This document shows positions 36,151 through 47,015 of a stretch of DNA of 64,000 nt, one piece after another; positions within the stretch are counted from its first letter, which is position 1; the number at the start of each line of letters is the position of its first letter. A model generated the notes under the pieces. The model was not told the DNA's origin. It ran no database searches and worked only from the letters and a program-made list of their open reading frames with translations. Source of the DNA: a virus (Duplodnaviria; Caudoviricetes); IMG/VR virus record IMGVR_UViG_3300036546_000109, positions 23,182 to 87,181 of that record. The stretch is one strand, 5' to 3'. A program made the translations under genes and the position numbers.

Positions 36151-37908
36151 TTACTTGAAAATTATCCCATTAGCTGTGATTGAGTTTGGTGTAATGTTAG
36201 TGCCCCCGACCGCCCCGTTACCTTGAATGATCGAGCCGTTAATCGCTCGTAAATCTGATGTGGAGTCAACCCCCTCGGTTTTACGAGCCTGGACGTTTAG
36301 TGCTGATACATGTGAGCCTTGTCGAGCGTGAACACAAATACCACCCGCACCCGTAAGGGTGGAGCTGTCTAGATTTATGCGGGAGGATGCCACCCTTACA
36401 TTATCTACCAAACAGTTAACGGCACTTACCAAGTTGGCGTTCACAGATGAGCCAGAAAGTGCTACAATCCCGTCTTTGCAATTGTTGAACTGTCCACCTG
36501 AAACATTCACCACCGCAGCATTCTGAGAAAAACAGCCGATGGTTGTACAGCTACTACCAACCCCACTAGATGCTGTCAAGAAGGCAGCATCTGCCATATA
36601 CCCGGTGGCACAGTTTATAGCACTAGTATTGTTAGCGCTGAGAGTAGCACCATATTCGCTCAAATAACCAATACCTGAGCAATTGTTTGCTGTGGAGTTG
36701 TTTGCAGAGACATGGGATCGTCGAGCCGTTAAGCCATTTTCAACCCCGTTGTCGAACTTACCAAACATGACGTTCACAATAGAGCCTCGGGAAATGTACA
36801 AACAAGCACCCCCACCCTCTGGAACATAGGACTCAGAGCAATCAATCCCCTGCGCATTCAAATGACTACCTGTTGTAACATTTGACCCATTGTTGCACTT
36901 GGAAAAATTTGCTGTAGATGCTTGCATTTTTGAAGCGTTGTCTAAATAAAATCCAAATGTACCAGCGCGGGTAACTCCCTTATTAGGATTAACTAAGATA
37001 AAAGACCCATTTGTTACATGCAAGCCCGCACCGTATTGCAACCCCATATCAAAAAGAGTGTCAATTACTGGACCTCTTGCGTTATCTATAACAAATAAGC
37101 AATTTTGGAGGGTGGGGATGGACGAAGAGGATACGCCAACAAAAGACGGGGATAGGTGTACCACCCCGTCTTCTGATTTTATAGTAAATTTAGAGAAATC
37201 TCCATTTCTGAAAATACAACCGGACGTCAACGCGTGACCGGCCTCGACTAGCAACGTAATCCCCCTCCCGTTTTTGATTACGGTATCGCTCATCGCATCA
37301 ACAGCACTAGTGATAGAAGAATAGTCGGATGGGATTTTGACAATAACTGACTCCTGAATAATAACCCTATCCAGGGTGTATTTAACTGTGCTATTTTTAT
37401 AACCAATTAAAGCAGAACCTGTCTCACTAGCTAACTCATATCTTAAATTATCTGTGTATCCTTGGGACTGAGCCTCTGATACATCCAGCTCCGCTTTACT
37501 GGCAAAATAGTCTAAGTCTTGATAAGCTGCTGTACCAAGTTCAGACACAGTAAGCTCAATATCAGCAATTCGACTATTCAGCGATGATGGTGACTCAACA
37601 ACAGACAAGGAACTTCCGTCAAACTTATAAACCACCCCCGTCGATCTGATTTGGAACTCGAACCACCTAGGTGTAGGTGTAGAATACCAACTAGAATCCA
37701 CCCTGAAATACATACGATTGTCTGTAGTCAGGAAAAACGCTTGACCATTTACGGGACTGGACGGGAGTGTTGAAACAATGGCATCAATATTTCTATCAAA
37801 CAGGAAAGAGAACTTTGTAAGGTTCTCATCCATACCAAAATTCCAACCCGACTCCCCGTAGTTCCATCCGTACTTGCTCTCTACAAATGGGCTAATCTTT
37901 TGTGGCAT
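36151..37908 (-). CDS. tail spike/fibre with parallel beta-helix repeats
   Basis: Virion-anchoring N-terminus; repetitive G/A/N/C-rich beta-helix C-terminus. Confidence 0.8.
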   Translation of the reverse strand: MPQKISPFVESKYGWNYGESGWNFGMDENLTKFSFLFDRNIDAIVSTLPSSPVNGQAFFLTTDNRMYFRVDSSWYSTPTPRWFEFQIRSTGVVYKFDGSSLSVVESPSSLNSRIADIELTVSELGTAAYQDLDYFASKAELDVSEAQSQGYTDNLRYELASETGSALIGYKNSTVKYTLDRVIIQESVIVKIPSDYSSITSAVDAMSDTVIKNGRGITLLVEAGHALTSGCIFRNGDFSKFTIKSEDGVVHLSPSFVGVSSSSIPTLQNCLFVIDNARGPVIDTLFDMGLQYGAGLHVTNGSFILVNPNKGVTRAGTFGFYLDNASKMQASTANFSKCNNGSNVTTGSHLNAQGIDCSESYVPEGGGACLYISRGSIVNVMFGKFDNGVENGLTARRSHVSANNSTANNCSGIGYLSEYGATLSANNTSAINCATGYMADAAFLTASSGVGSSCTTIGCFSQNAAVVNVSGGQFNNCKDGIVALSGSSVNANLVSAVNCLVDNVRVASSRINLDSSTLTGAGGICVHARQGSHVSALNVQARKTEGVDSTSDLRAINGSIIQGNGAVGGTNITPNSITANGIIFK

Positions 37909-37923
37909 GTTATTCCCCTCCCA

Positions 37924-38808
37924 TTAAAACCCAAGTGCGAAATATCGGCAAAGGGCGCTACCAGCCCCTGTTGAGCCACTGTCTCTTGCAAAAAGGATAG
38001 AAGCCCCGCTGTTAGTTATGGTGTCAGAGTTCACTTTCCAACTACTTACAATTGTATCGCTATTACCAACGTCTGTAATATATATTCCAATTACTCCGTT
38101 CGGGAAGGCGGTTGGAAAGGAGATTGGGTATAGTGTGTTTGGGGTAGCGGAGCTGTTAGAATAACCCCCCCACTGCAAAATCAAACCACCCGGAAGATTT
38201 TGCCTACCAGATGATGTTGAGAGAATTTGATTTGCCCCCTTAAAAGCATCAGCTAATCTCAGCGGAGTAAGTAAGACATTGTTGCTTGTCAATGCCTGAG
38301 ACTGTGCTGCTGATGCAACGGTCGTCTTACCATCAACCTCAGTTTTTGTGTAAGTTTCCGCCTTACTGTACACACTTAAATTTGTACGGAAGGTTGCAGA
38401 ATTGTACTCACTTCCGTTATTTGAAATACGGGCATAGCGAGCATCGCTTTCTGTTGCAGTATAAAAGTCTCCAGCAGAAGCAAAAGCAATAATCCAATAG
38501 GTGTTACTTACGTCTAGATCGGGGTCTTGGTTTGTGTGTGTGAGTACGCAACGATACACAGTACCTGTTGCCCCTTGAACATAGCTTTGGTCTGCTTGAT
38601 ATTCTGTCTCATTATCCCAAACAGGAATACCGTATTGATTCAAGTGAGCAAGCATTTGATCTTGCTTATAATCAATCTCGTTAAAATACTGACGGGGTGG
38701 AATCTCCACTTGCCAACCAGTTGCATACTTTGTATCGCCGGGGTAAATTCGGTCCCCACCACTAGCCCACACATTGTTTAGATTGCTAGGCTTCAAAAAT
38801 TGTGCCAT
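37924..38808 (-). CDS. tail fibre protein
   Basis: GWQVEIPPRQYFN N-terminus; LPGGLILQWG C-terminal fibre motif. Confidence 0.8.
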   Translation of the reverse strand: MAQFLKPSNLNNVWASGGDRIYPGDTKYATGWQVEIPPRQYFNEIDYKQDQMLAHLNQYGIPVWDNETEYQADQSYVQGATGTVYRCVLTHTNQDPDLDVSNTYWIIAFASAGDFYTATESDARYARISNNGSEYNSATFRTNLSVYSKAETYTKTEVDGKTTVASAAQSQALTSNNVLLTPLRLADAFKGANQILSTSSGRQNLPGGLILQWGGYSNSSATPNTLYPISFPTAFPNGVIGIYITDVGNSDTIVSSWKVNSDTITNSGASILFARDSGSTGAGSALCRYFALGF

Positions 38809-38824
38809 TTGTTTCCTCTCTTAA

Positions 38825-39625
38825 TTAGTAAAGCGTAGCAAATAGCCCGCCATCGCCAGTAAGCTCGAAGTCTGAGTCACCGTATTCAAGACCATAACCA
38901 AGACCATAACCGTATGTGCCTGTAAATTCCCCAAAACCTTTAGCGCCGGGGGCACCTTGAAATCCAAAGTAATTTCCACCCTCAAACTCTCCGTAATTAA
39001 TACGGACACCAACAGTCTTTGGAATGAGTCTTGAAGGGTAGCCTTGAGATGTACTCACATAGTTCAGAAGAGCTTTCTCAAAAGCTGTTAGAATACGTCC
39101 AAACATTAATGTTACTTGAGCATCACCCTCGGAGCTGATTGATATAGGAAGATCAAAGATCGTGTTTACAACGGTGATAAATTCTTCTGGTGTAGATGCT
39201 GTTACGTTCTTGAAAATCTTAGCCTTGATAAATTTACGGTAGGTTGCATCATCCAGTAAGACGTTGCCACCCAAGGGTGTTCCGTAGTTGTAGAACAAAC
39301 CGCCAATGCTTGAATTACCAAACTCACCAAAGCTTTGTGCATTAGTTGCACCTTGCAAACCAAAGTATTCATATAGGTCTGCTTCAAGAAGTTCTCTTGG
39401 TTGCCCAACAATCCTTCCGATTACGTTAAGCTGCTCGCCCTCCGCTGTATCAATGCTACGAAGCTGCATCACTTGTTTTAAAGCTTCTTGAATCTCAACT
39501 TGACCAAGGATCAGTAACTGTAGATACTTATCGAAGATGGGCTTATCGGTGAAAGCGTAGGTTACGCGATTACGGGCTTCTTCTAGGTAGGATACTGTGT
39601 CAAACTCATTTACAGCCATCAGCAC
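38825..39625 (-). CDS. baseplate wedge protein (DUF2612-like)
   Basis: AEGEQLNVIGRIVG, LDDATYRKFIKAKI. Confidence 0.8.
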   Translation of the reverse strand: MLMAVNEFDTVSYLEEARNRVTYAFTDKPIFDKYLQLLILGQVEIQEALKQVMQLRSIDTAEGEQLNVIGRIVGQPRELLEADLYEYFGLQGATNAQSFGEFGNSSIGGLFYNYGTPLGGNVLLDDATYRKFIKAKIFKNVTASTPEEFITVVNTIFDLPISISSEGDAQVTLMFGRILTAFEKALLNYVSTSQGYPSRLIPKTVGVRINYGEFEGGNYFGFQGAPGAKGFGEFTGTYGYGLGYGLEYGDSDFELTGDGGLFATLY

Positions 39626-39630
39626 CCTCC

Positions 39631-41079
39631 TTAAGACGTTGTGATTGTGATATTGTTAGGATCAAGAGAGAACAGCTCATTGAAACCAATAGAGATGTTT
39701 GCAACTCCAGTAGGAGATGGGGACGTTCCGATTGTCAAGCTGTTTACAAAGTGTCCTTGAATACTGTTAATCGGCGTGTACAGACGGCTGTAAACAACAT
39801 CTTCGCCAATACCAAACTGTGCTTCCGTGTATGCAGCAATTGCATCTTTAATAGCCTGCTCGCCGTTTTGAGGAAACTCGGAGTTGGTGGTAATATCCAA
39901 GTCAATATAAATGGTGACAGGATTTGGACGCTCAAAACCAATATCGTGTGGGAAGCCTTGACTATCGTAGATCGTTACAGATGTGTTTCCATAACTACGA
40001 ATACCAAGGGGCTTATTCTCCCAAATACTTTGTGCAATGTTTGTGGAAATACCACCAAGAACAATCGGCATAAAACTGTGAGCAGGGATACCATTAGCAT
40101 CCGTTACATCTGTATCGTTCTCATAAATAACCACTTGCTCTACAGTGTCAAGGTTAATCAGAGCAGAGTACAATGCTTCAAGAATGTTAGAGGCACGTTC
40201 AAACTTACTTACACGGAAACGTTCACGAAGCTCTTCATCTGTCTCAACATACCTGCCAGCAACCGCACTGACAGGGTTTGTAACACTATCCCATCCAAGA
40301 ACAGGGGTGGAAACCGAAGTGATTGTATTTGGAGCTTGCTCAATCGGGCCATATTCTTGGGCAATCAAGTCACCGAGCTTATCAACCTTAGTGATCCCAA
40401 GATTAGCTGAAGTGCTGAAAGAGGTTACTTGGAAAATATCGTCAAGATCAATTTCCAAAGTCGTCCCAACAACAGTAGCAATCAATTGAGGATGATTAGC
40501 ATCAATCTCTGCTTTCAGTCCTGCAAGAATGCTCGCTGCTGTGGCTCCAACACCACTTGTGTAACTAACAGTGCTTGAGCTGGTAATCCGAGAATAGGTG
40601 ATGGTGTACAACGTGCTGCTTGCAACAGTTGGTACTGTAATAGTGACACCAGAAGCAAGAGACGGCGACAACGCCACACTTGCCACAACATTAAAGCTTT
40701 GTCCAGTTGTGTCACTAGAAACAACACTTCCAGAAGGAATCAGGGTTCCGTTGTTGCCTGTGAAGATAGCTTGAGCTGTAGTGTAAGTGTTAGAGAAGCG
40801 AGTGATTCCACCAAGAGCTACGAGATTATCAAGAGCAATGCCTGTTGCTGAGTTTGGGTCAAAAGCTGAGTATACTTCTTGTACAGCCCCCCAAAGATCA
40901 GCCAACGAAGGGGAGATAAGACCAATCAATCGACCAAGCGTAGAATCTTCAGATGTATCTACAACGTCATTCGGGTCTTCAAGCAAATCTTGAAAGATTG
41001 GAACGGCTTCTTGACGAAGGTCTGTGATTACTTCAACTAGCCTTTTAATATCCAACCCTGAATTAGTCAATCCAGCCAT
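39631..41079 (-). CDS. baseplate J-like protein
   Basis: ATGIALD, ETDEELRER motifs. Confidence 0.88.
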   Translation of the reverse strand: MAGLTNSGLDIKRLVEVITDLRQEAVPIFQDLLEDPNDVVDTSEDSTLGRLIGLISPSLADLWGAVQEVYSAFDPNSATGIALDNLVALGGITRFSNTYTTAQAIFTGNNGTLIPSGSVVSSDTTGQSFNVVASVALSPSLASGVTITVPTVASSTLYTITYSRITSSSTVSYTSGVGATAASILAGLKAEIDANHPQLIATVVGTTLEIDLDDIFQVTSFSTSANLGITKVDKLGDLIAQEYGPIEQAPNTITSVSTPVLGWDSVTNPVSAVAGRYVETDEELRERFRVSKFERASNILEALYSALINLDTVEQVVIYENDTDVTDANGIPAHSFMPIVLGGISTNIAQSIWENKPLGIRSYGNTSVTIYDSQGFPHDIGFERPNPVTIYIDLDITTNSEFPQNGEQAIKDAIAAYTEAQFGIGEDVVYSRLYTPINSIQGHFVNSLTIGTSPSPTGVANISIGFNELFSLDPNNITITTS

Positions 41080-41093
41080 AATTTATGATTACC

Positions 41094-41465
41094 TTAAGTT
41101 GTGGGTGAATTGACAATGATTTGATTGGTCAAACCACCGTTTGTTGTTTTAACTGTGAACTTACAACTATAGTTTCTGTTGACGTTATCAATGTTGCTTG
41201 TCCAAGAAACAATCTCACGGACACCTTGTACAGAAAGAACTTCTCGTTGTAAGATTGCATCCACTTGTTGTTTTGTTTTCTTAGTGCCTAAGATTTCAAA
41301 CCAAGGAACACCATATGGCTCGTCGAGGAACCACTCGGCTCGAAAGGTTCTGAGGTGAATGGCAAGTCTTTGAGCTACAACATCTGCTTCAATGTAGGTG
41401 CGAGGAGATGCACCATTAACGAACACCATATCTCCAGTGCCGTTAATATCCATTAATAGGTCCAT
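41094..41465 (-). CDS. baseplate wedge protein (gp25-like)
   Basis: LRTFRAEWFLD..YGVPW. Confidence 0.75.
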   Translation of the reverse strand: MDLLMDINGTGDMVFVNGASPRTYIEADVVAQRLAIHLRTFRAEWFLDEPYGVPWFEILGTKKTKQQVDAILQREVLSVQGVREIVSWTSNIDNVNRNYSCKFTVKTTNGGLTNQIIVNSPTT

Positions 41466-42181
41466 TAAACAACCCCTCCGGTGTTACTGGGGCCAGATTG
41501 AACCCCGCTATGAACGTGAGACTGATAAGGAACACCATTGATAGTCAGAGTTCCGACATAATTGATATTGCCAACCCAATCTGTGTGAGCAGCATCTACA
41601 AGCAAAGTTTGAACATTCACTCGTGCTACATCAGCATTAACAGTCACTTCTTGGTTTGTGTTAATAGTCACACCACCACCGCGATGTAAACGAATCTCTG
41701 TCTCTTCAGCACTGCCTAATCCGTGATAGAGAACCACATCGTTAGGACTGTGTTCCCATAAGTGTTTTTCTGGATTATTTACACTTTCGCTAAAAGGAAA
41801 GGGGGATGGAATAGCAACGCAATCTCTTTTATCAAACTTCCTAAAGTCGGAGGAAGTTGTTGGCATCCCGTTACCACGTTTCCAAAGATCAATACCCACC
41901 ATTGAAAACATAAGCCAGACGGGATCACCAACAGAAATATTGTGAGTAAGCCCACCCTCACGTCCAGACGGCATTTGCACGGGGACATTCAGAATTACAG
42001 GTCGATCTTGTACTGTCCCATCTTCTTTTTTAATGTTAATTGCAGGCTGAACATCAATAGCTAGGTTTTGAAAGTTATCTCTTACTCGAACAACAATACC
42101 GGGAATAGATGTGTAAACATTCTCCATTCCGCTCCAGAAATTCTTAGTCAATGTCCCTTGCAGAGATTTTTCTTGTGCCAT
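41465..42181 (-). CDS. baseplate central spike (Gp138-like)
   Basis: OB-fold N-terminus, D..DCVAIP motif, C-terminal HVHSGV iron-binding tip. Confidence 0.85.
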   Translation of the reverse strand: MAQEKSLQGTLTKNFWSGMENVYTSIPGIVVRVRDNFQNLAIDVQPAINIKKEDGTVQDRPVILNVPVQMPSGREGGLTHNISVGDPVWLMFSMVGIDLWKRGNGMPTTSSDFRKFDKRDCVAIPSPFPFSESVNNPEKHLWEHSPNDVVLYHGLGSAEETEIRLHRGGGVTINTNQEVTVNADVARVNVQTLLVDAAHTDWVGNINYVGTLTINGVPYQSHVHSGVQSGPSNTGGVV

Positions 42182-43056
42182 TATACGCTCCCGACCTTCT
42201 CTGTAAGTTTAATGTCCATAGACCAGTCATCTACACGCCAACCACCTTTAATCCTCATGGAATCAATTCGGTAGTAGCCAGTAAGTTCTTCGTACTCAAG
42301 TTTGATTAAAGAGCCAGCAACCAATTCTGGAATAATCAGGCAACGGAATTGTAATCCTCTTTTCTTCTTTTTATCTTTTACAGATCGGTTTACATCACCT
42401 GTTGTAAGATAGGGACGATCCAGCAAGCCTGAAGACTGACTAATTACAACAACAGAATTAATGTCGGTCGTGTGGCTCTCAGTGGCGTCGCTTACATACA
42501 GCACTTTGTCGTCAATTGACCAATCCATTTGATTGGCTCTGCACACTTCGTCTAGCATGTGTCGTGGAGTGCCGGAAAGTGGATAGCCGTCAATCACAGG
42601 ATTTTTACAGTTAACACCTGTAATGACGTTGCGACTTGTGCCAAGTTCTTTGGCAATCTCTTTAATAACGTCTTCGTAAGTACTCCCCTCTGGGACAATC
42701 TTACTAATTGTTTGATGATTAAGTTCAACATAGTCAACACCAACATTCAAAATGGTGATTACATCAGCACCAGATTTTCTTGTAGATGCTTCTGTAACTT
42801 GGCCTGCAAAAAGACGTTTAAGTCCTGTATCAAGCCAACCTACACTAAGAACAAGACCAATGTATTTTCTTTCAAGGAATCTTTGTTTCTCTTTGGATAG
42901 GTTGTATATTTCAATTGTTGCACTATTGTTCTTTTGCTTGTTGTCGCTCATTTTGCTGATATCGAAGGTGATGTGAAGATCAGTAATTTCCCATCCATCT
43001 CCTGTTTTGATATCACCAACAATAAGAGAGTAAATCCTGTTAGTCTGTAAAGGCAT
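42181..43056 (-). CDS. baseplate hub protein
   Basis: ATIEIYNLS, WSIDD motifs; synteny. Confidence 0.8.
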   Translation of the reverse strand: MPLQTNRIYSLIVGDIKTGDGWEITDLHITFDISKMSDNKQKNNSATIEIYNLSKEKQRFLERKYIGLVLSVGWLDTGLKRLFAGQVTEASTRKSGADVITILNVGVDYVELNHQTISKIVPEGSTYEDVIKEIAKELGTSRNVITGVNCKNPVIDGYPLSGTPRHMLDEVCRANQMDWSIDDKVLYVSDATESHTTDINSVVVISQSSGLLDRPYLTTGDVNRSVKDKKKKRGLQFRCLIIPELVAGSLIKLEYEELTGYYRIDSMRIKGGWRVDDWSMDIKLTEKVGSV

Positions 43057-43072
43057 TCACCCTCCCATTAAT

Positions 43073-43396
43073 TTAAAGATCAGTAATGAAGAACAAACGA
43101 AACCATTTATACAAACTGAAAGAATCAGTTCTAAACTTCTCGGCACTATCGCCAATAGGTTCCAACCAAAGAAAGCCTGAGAATGGTAAGTGTGTATAAT
43201 CAAGGAGGATTGGGTAAAGTAGAACCAATCTTTCTCCTTGCACAAAATAATTGGTCGATCCTTCTTCTCTCAGATCAAAGAACCATCCGTCTACTCGCTG
43301 GTTGTAGTAGAGTCGAAAGACGCAAGCCACCCCATCTAGTACAACAGAGTAGAAGTAATCTTGTTCCTGATACAGAGGTAAACTAACGTAATTCAT
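43073..43396 (-). CDS. baseplate/virion structural protein
   Basis: Synteny; FRLYYNQRVDGWFFDL. Confidence 0.7.
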   Translation of the reverse strand: MNYVSLPLYQEQDYFYSVVLDGVACVFRLYYNQRVDGWFFDLREEGSTNYFVQGERLVLLYPILLDYTHLPFSGFLWLEPIGDSAEKFRTDSFSLYKWFRLFFITDL

Positions 43397-44233
43397 TTAA
43401 CCTCCAGGCCCCTTACCGTGGAAAAGTTCACTAAGCTGAGTCTGCGAGTAGACAGGCCCGACAAAATCTTTAGAAGACTCGTCTGTACTACCGGATACAG
43501 GTTTTTTAGTAGAGTCGGCCTTTCCTTTGTTGGCACTTGCTGCTGCCTGTTTCTTAATCTCTTCAGAAACATCCTCTGGAAGCTCCTCTCTGCGAATCTC
43601 GACAAATCGAGCTTGTTCAAGAGTCATATCAAAATGACAACCATTGCCGGTGTCAGGAGTTTCATTTACTCTGAAATCTGTTACGACAAGATTGGTATAA
43701 GGTGCTTTACTGTATTGGTTGCCCTCCATCTCATACAAAGATACAGTGACAATACTATTTCTGTATGTCTGTGATACAGGGTTGTAAATGACATCCAGAA
43801 TCATTTTCTCGATAAATTCTGAGAAAGATGGACCTGCTTCTGCAACAAGAGATTCATCACCAAACACTTCTGGTTCAACAGGCGAGAGGAACTGACCAAT
43901 CACGTCCGGTAGAAACTGATTCAGAAGAGTCTTTCCATCATCCACCGTAACAGCAACTGGCGGTTCACCCATTTGAATATTGTTTGCACCAACAGCAGCA
44001 AAACTTGTGGTATATGCTGCGAAGGTAATATCCGCAGAGGTAATAACTCCACGGATATTGAACGTCATATTTTCTGAAATGAAGTGATCTGATATGCTTA
44101 CACCAGAGTCCAAAGGATGTTTGGATAGCTTACCGTTCACCGTCTTTGTATAGGACTCTACAGCGTTGATGTAGTAGACAGCACTAATATCTTCAGGACC
44201 ACCGTTGTTTCCAAATTGTAAAACTAACGACAT
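43397..44233 (-). CDS. tail tube initiator/baseplate organiser (Dit-like)
   Basis: SKHPLDSGVSISDH motif; follows the tape measure gene. Confidence 0.7.
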   Translation of the reverse strand: MSLVLQFGNNGGPEDISAVYYINAVESYTKTVNGKLSKHPLDSGVSISDHFISENMTFNIRGVITSADITFAAYTTSFAAVGANNIQMGEPPVAVTVDDGKTLLNQFLPDVIGQFLSPVEPEVFGDESLVAEAGPSFSEFIEKMILDVIYNPVSQTYRNSIVTVSLYEMEGNQYSKAPYTNLVVTDFRVNETPDTGNGCHFDMTLEQARFVEIRREELPEDVSEEIKKQAAASANKGKADSTKKPVSGSTDESSKDFVGPVYSQTQLSELFHGKGPGG

Positions 44234-46431
44234 TATTTACTCCCGTAAGATATATCAACTTCACCAAGCTGGTTAGTCCACCAACCCTCAATCTGAGGAA
44301 GAATCTCCTGATTGAAGATATTCTCCATATTTGTGGGATCAATCACACCATCAATCTTGATTTCAAATGTGTTGGTGATAGTGTTGGATGTGTTGCCCAT
44401 CATACCCATTTGAGCTATAGCTTGTTCTGGCGTATTAGGCACCGAAGGAATGTCCGATTGCCCATTTCCCTCTCCATACAACGCTTGTTGTTTTTTGAAG
44501 TCTAAGAAATCTGATGGGCTTTCCCATTGCCTACCTAGGCCACTGAGATACTCGTCTCTTTGGTGCCAAGGGATGTTTCCTCCAGTACCAAGAGTTCTAC
44601 CGATAGCACCAAGCCCGCCACCAAACAACCTCTCAAGGATGACAGAAGATTCTTCTCTAAAATCATAATCTTGATTGTAGCGAAGTTTGAAGTCTTCTTG
44701 GTTCATTCCCCAATAAGACGCCAGAGCAAGCAATGGACCGCCGCGCATCATCATCAAACCAGCACCGCTGAGCATCCTCATCCAACCAGCACCCGGAGAT
44801 GTTGGTTTACCTTTACCGGGGATTGACTTATCTGGTGTTCCTGGCATATCACCCGGAAAGCCGGATTGCTTTTTCAAGAAGTCATAAAGAAGAGAAGCGC
44901 CTAGCACTTTAGATGCAAGTTTAATTGCTGCGGCTACCGTTAAGAAAGCCATTGCAACGCCCATTATACCTCTATCAAATTCTACGAATTTCTCAAGGAA
45001 TTTGAACAGATCGCCAGTTACACTTTTCTTGCCGCCTCCCATTGCAGCAGAAATATCTTCCAGAAGCATAAACATACCCTGAAAAATAAGACCAAGCCGC
45101 CCCCACTTAGACATAATCAGCAATCCCAAGCCCGCAAACGTTGATGCTGCTGGGTGTATTTCATTCATCGCCTCAGTAAGCCCTTCAACGGCTTTTTTGG
45201 TGTTTTCAAAGTACATACCAAGATCGCCAAGGACGCCTATTGGCATTTCTAATTGCTTGGTTAACCAATTAAAAGCTTTAGCTAATCCTTCGACAACGGG
45301 GGTTAACTTGCTTGCTGCATCACCAACCATTTTAAAGAAGCGGGCAAAGCCTTCATCACCGCCCTTTTCTCCGAAGGTCTTTAAGAGGTCTTCAAACTTC
45401 TTACCCATGAACCCCTGAGCAAACACAGAGGTTTTAAAATACTTCGGAAGCATTGGTTCTGCTTCTTCTTTCAGCCGTGCATACAAGAGGGGGAGGTGTA
45501 CATTAGGGTCTAGCTGACCCATCTCCATCATTTTATTAAGTTTCTTGGTGTCTCCACCAGCAGCAACGTCCGCCATCAAGCGAACAATAGGTGGTAGGTG
45601 TTCAGCCGCTTGTCCACGAAGCTCTTCAGCCATGATTTGCTGTTTGCCGATCATCTGTGTGAATGCCCGGATTGTACCTTTGATCTTCTGGTCATCAAGC
45701 ATCATTACAGAAGAGTATTCCATAAGGCTTTCAAAACCAGTCATCAAGTGAGGCTCAAGTGCAGTACCTTTAGAGCCAGCCAGCATTTGTGCAAAGAACG
45801 GAGTCATGGTAGATGTCTTTTTACCTAGACGATCACCAAGGTTGTTCAGAAACTCGGTATACTGCTTTGTATCAGCTTCATTACCAGCAGAAGCAGAAAG
45901 TGCCATAGCGTTTGCTTGTAGTTCTTGTGACCCCCTATTAAGGGTCATCAAGCCATAAGCCCCGCCAATAAACGGCACACTACCAAACCCATAACGTGCT
46001 AAAGCACCTGCCGTTCCACCACCATACATGAAATTACGACCAGACCTGTCGGCAAGTTGCGGGCGTTCGTGTCTAGTAACTGTGGTGTTAGCTCTGTGCA
46101 AGCTTGATTGATAAGGAACAGCCTCTCTTGCAAAAGAACGTCCAGCACGAAGCATTGCGGCTCGCAGGTTTCTTTCATTTACAGCAAAGCGGCTAACCTC
46201 AAACACCACATCTTTACTTGCTTTATCAAGAGCATTGCCGAGAGTGCGCTTTAAGCTTCTTTCATTAACAAAGAATGAGGAAATACCGAGAGAGAAATTC
46301 TTACTGAAAAGCTTCTCAAATCTCTTTAGTTTAGTCTCTACATGCTTCAGGTAGCGATCAACTTTTCGCAAATCTTGAATGCGAGTGTTAATCCCCACCT
46401 GAGCGTAAAAGGATGAAATCGGTCCAGTCAT
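44233..46431 (-). CDS. tape measure protein
   Basis: 732 aa helical protein; QMIGKQQIMAEELRGQ motif; follows the tail chaperones. Confidence 0.88.
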   Translation of the reverse strand: MTGPISSFYAQVGINTRIQDLRKVDRYLKHVETKLKRFEKLFSKNFSLGISSFFVNERSLKRTLGNALDKASKDVVFEVSRFAVNERNLRAAMLRAGRSFAREAVPYQSSLHRANTTVTRHERPQLADRSGRNFMYGGGTAGALARYGFGSVPFIGGAYGLMTLNRGSQELQANAMALSASAGNEADTKQYTEFLNNLGDRLGKKTSTMTPFFAQMLAGSKGTALEPHLMTGFESLMEYSSVMMLDDQKIKGTIRAFTQMIGKQQIMAEELRGQAAEHLPPIVRLMADVAAGGDTKKLNKMMEMGQLDPNVHLPLLYARLKEEAEPMLPKYFKTSVFAQGFMGKKFEDLLKTFGEKGGDEGFARFFKMVGDAASKLTPVVEGLAKAFNWLTKQLEMPIGVLGDLGMYFENTKKAVEGLTEAMNEIHPAASTFAGLGLLIMSKWGRLGLIFQGMFMLLEDISAAMGGGKKSVTGDLFKFLEKFVEFDRGIMGVAMAFLTVAAAIKLASKVLGASLLYDFLKKQSGFPGDMPGTPDKSIPGKGKPTSPGAGWMRMLSGAGLMMMRGGPLLALASYWGMNQEDFKLRYNQDYDFREESSVILERLFGGGLGAIGRTLGTGGNIPWHQRDEYLSGLGRQWESPSDFLDFKKQQALYGEGNGQSDIPSVPNTPEQAIAQMGMMGNTSNTITNTFEIKIDGVIDPTNMENIFNQEILPQIEGWWTNQLGEVDISYGSK

Positions 46432-46443
46432 GCTCCACCTTCT

Positions 46444-46662
46444 CTATCGTTTTGATTGTTTGGACTTTATCTCTTTCTCTTGCTCAGCTCTTGCAATAGC
46501 TTTAAGCTCTTCATGCACATCTAAATATTCAAGATACTCATTAAACAAAGGAGTAGAATATTTGTGGTGAAGGTTATATAAAGTTTCTATTGGGTTGTCT
46601 GTAGAGAAGATGACACGCATGACATCGTAATCACCCGAGAAGTTATCTCTAATGTTATTCAT
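46444..46662 (-). CDS. tail assembly chaperone, frameshift-extension (T) domain
   Basis: In the -1 frame relative to the upstream chaperone and open back to the slippery site. Confidence 0.7.
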   Translation of the reverse strand: MNNIRDNFSGDYDVMRVIFSTDNPIETLYNLHHKYSTPLFNEYLEYLDVHEELKAIARAEQEKEIKSKQSKR

Positions 46663-46694
46663 TCTCGGGTTTTGAGATTGTTGCGATACAGCCT

Positions 46695-46994
46695 TTACAG
46701 GTCTTCTGTATCGCTTTCGGCGTTTCCCTCGTTCAGATCGGGGAAGTTAAACTCTACTACAGCATCAACCAGCTTCATCAGGTGGCCATAACGTCCACGG
46801 AAATGAGAGTTGAATTTCTTTTCACTAAACGATGCACTGCCGATTTGCACACAACGGCTCACAGCATCAAACACTACACGAGCCGACATGCCTTCTTTAT
46901 TCAGACGGGAGATAAAATCAAGGCCATCCATAGTGGGAAGCAGCTTGATAATATAAGTTTGTTCGTCAATAGTGATTTCTTTAGTTTCTTGCAT
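46695..46994 (-). CDS. tail assembly chaperone (G)
   Basis: Lies between tube genes and tape measure; G GGA AAC slippery heptamer. Confidence 0.8.
   Translation of the reverse strand: MQETKEITIDEQTYIIKLLPTMDGLDFISRLNKEGMSARVVFDAVSRCVQIGSASFSEKKFNSHFRGRYGHLMKLVDAVVEFNFPDLNEGNAESDTEDL
46722..46728 (-). promoter_or_regulatory. -1 programmed ribosomal frameshift site GGGAAAC
   Basis: X XXY YYZ in the correct phase; a -1 shift joins 46994 to 46444 without a stop. Confidence 0.75.
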
Positions 46995-47015
46995 AATTGT
47001 TTCCTCCAGTTTTAT

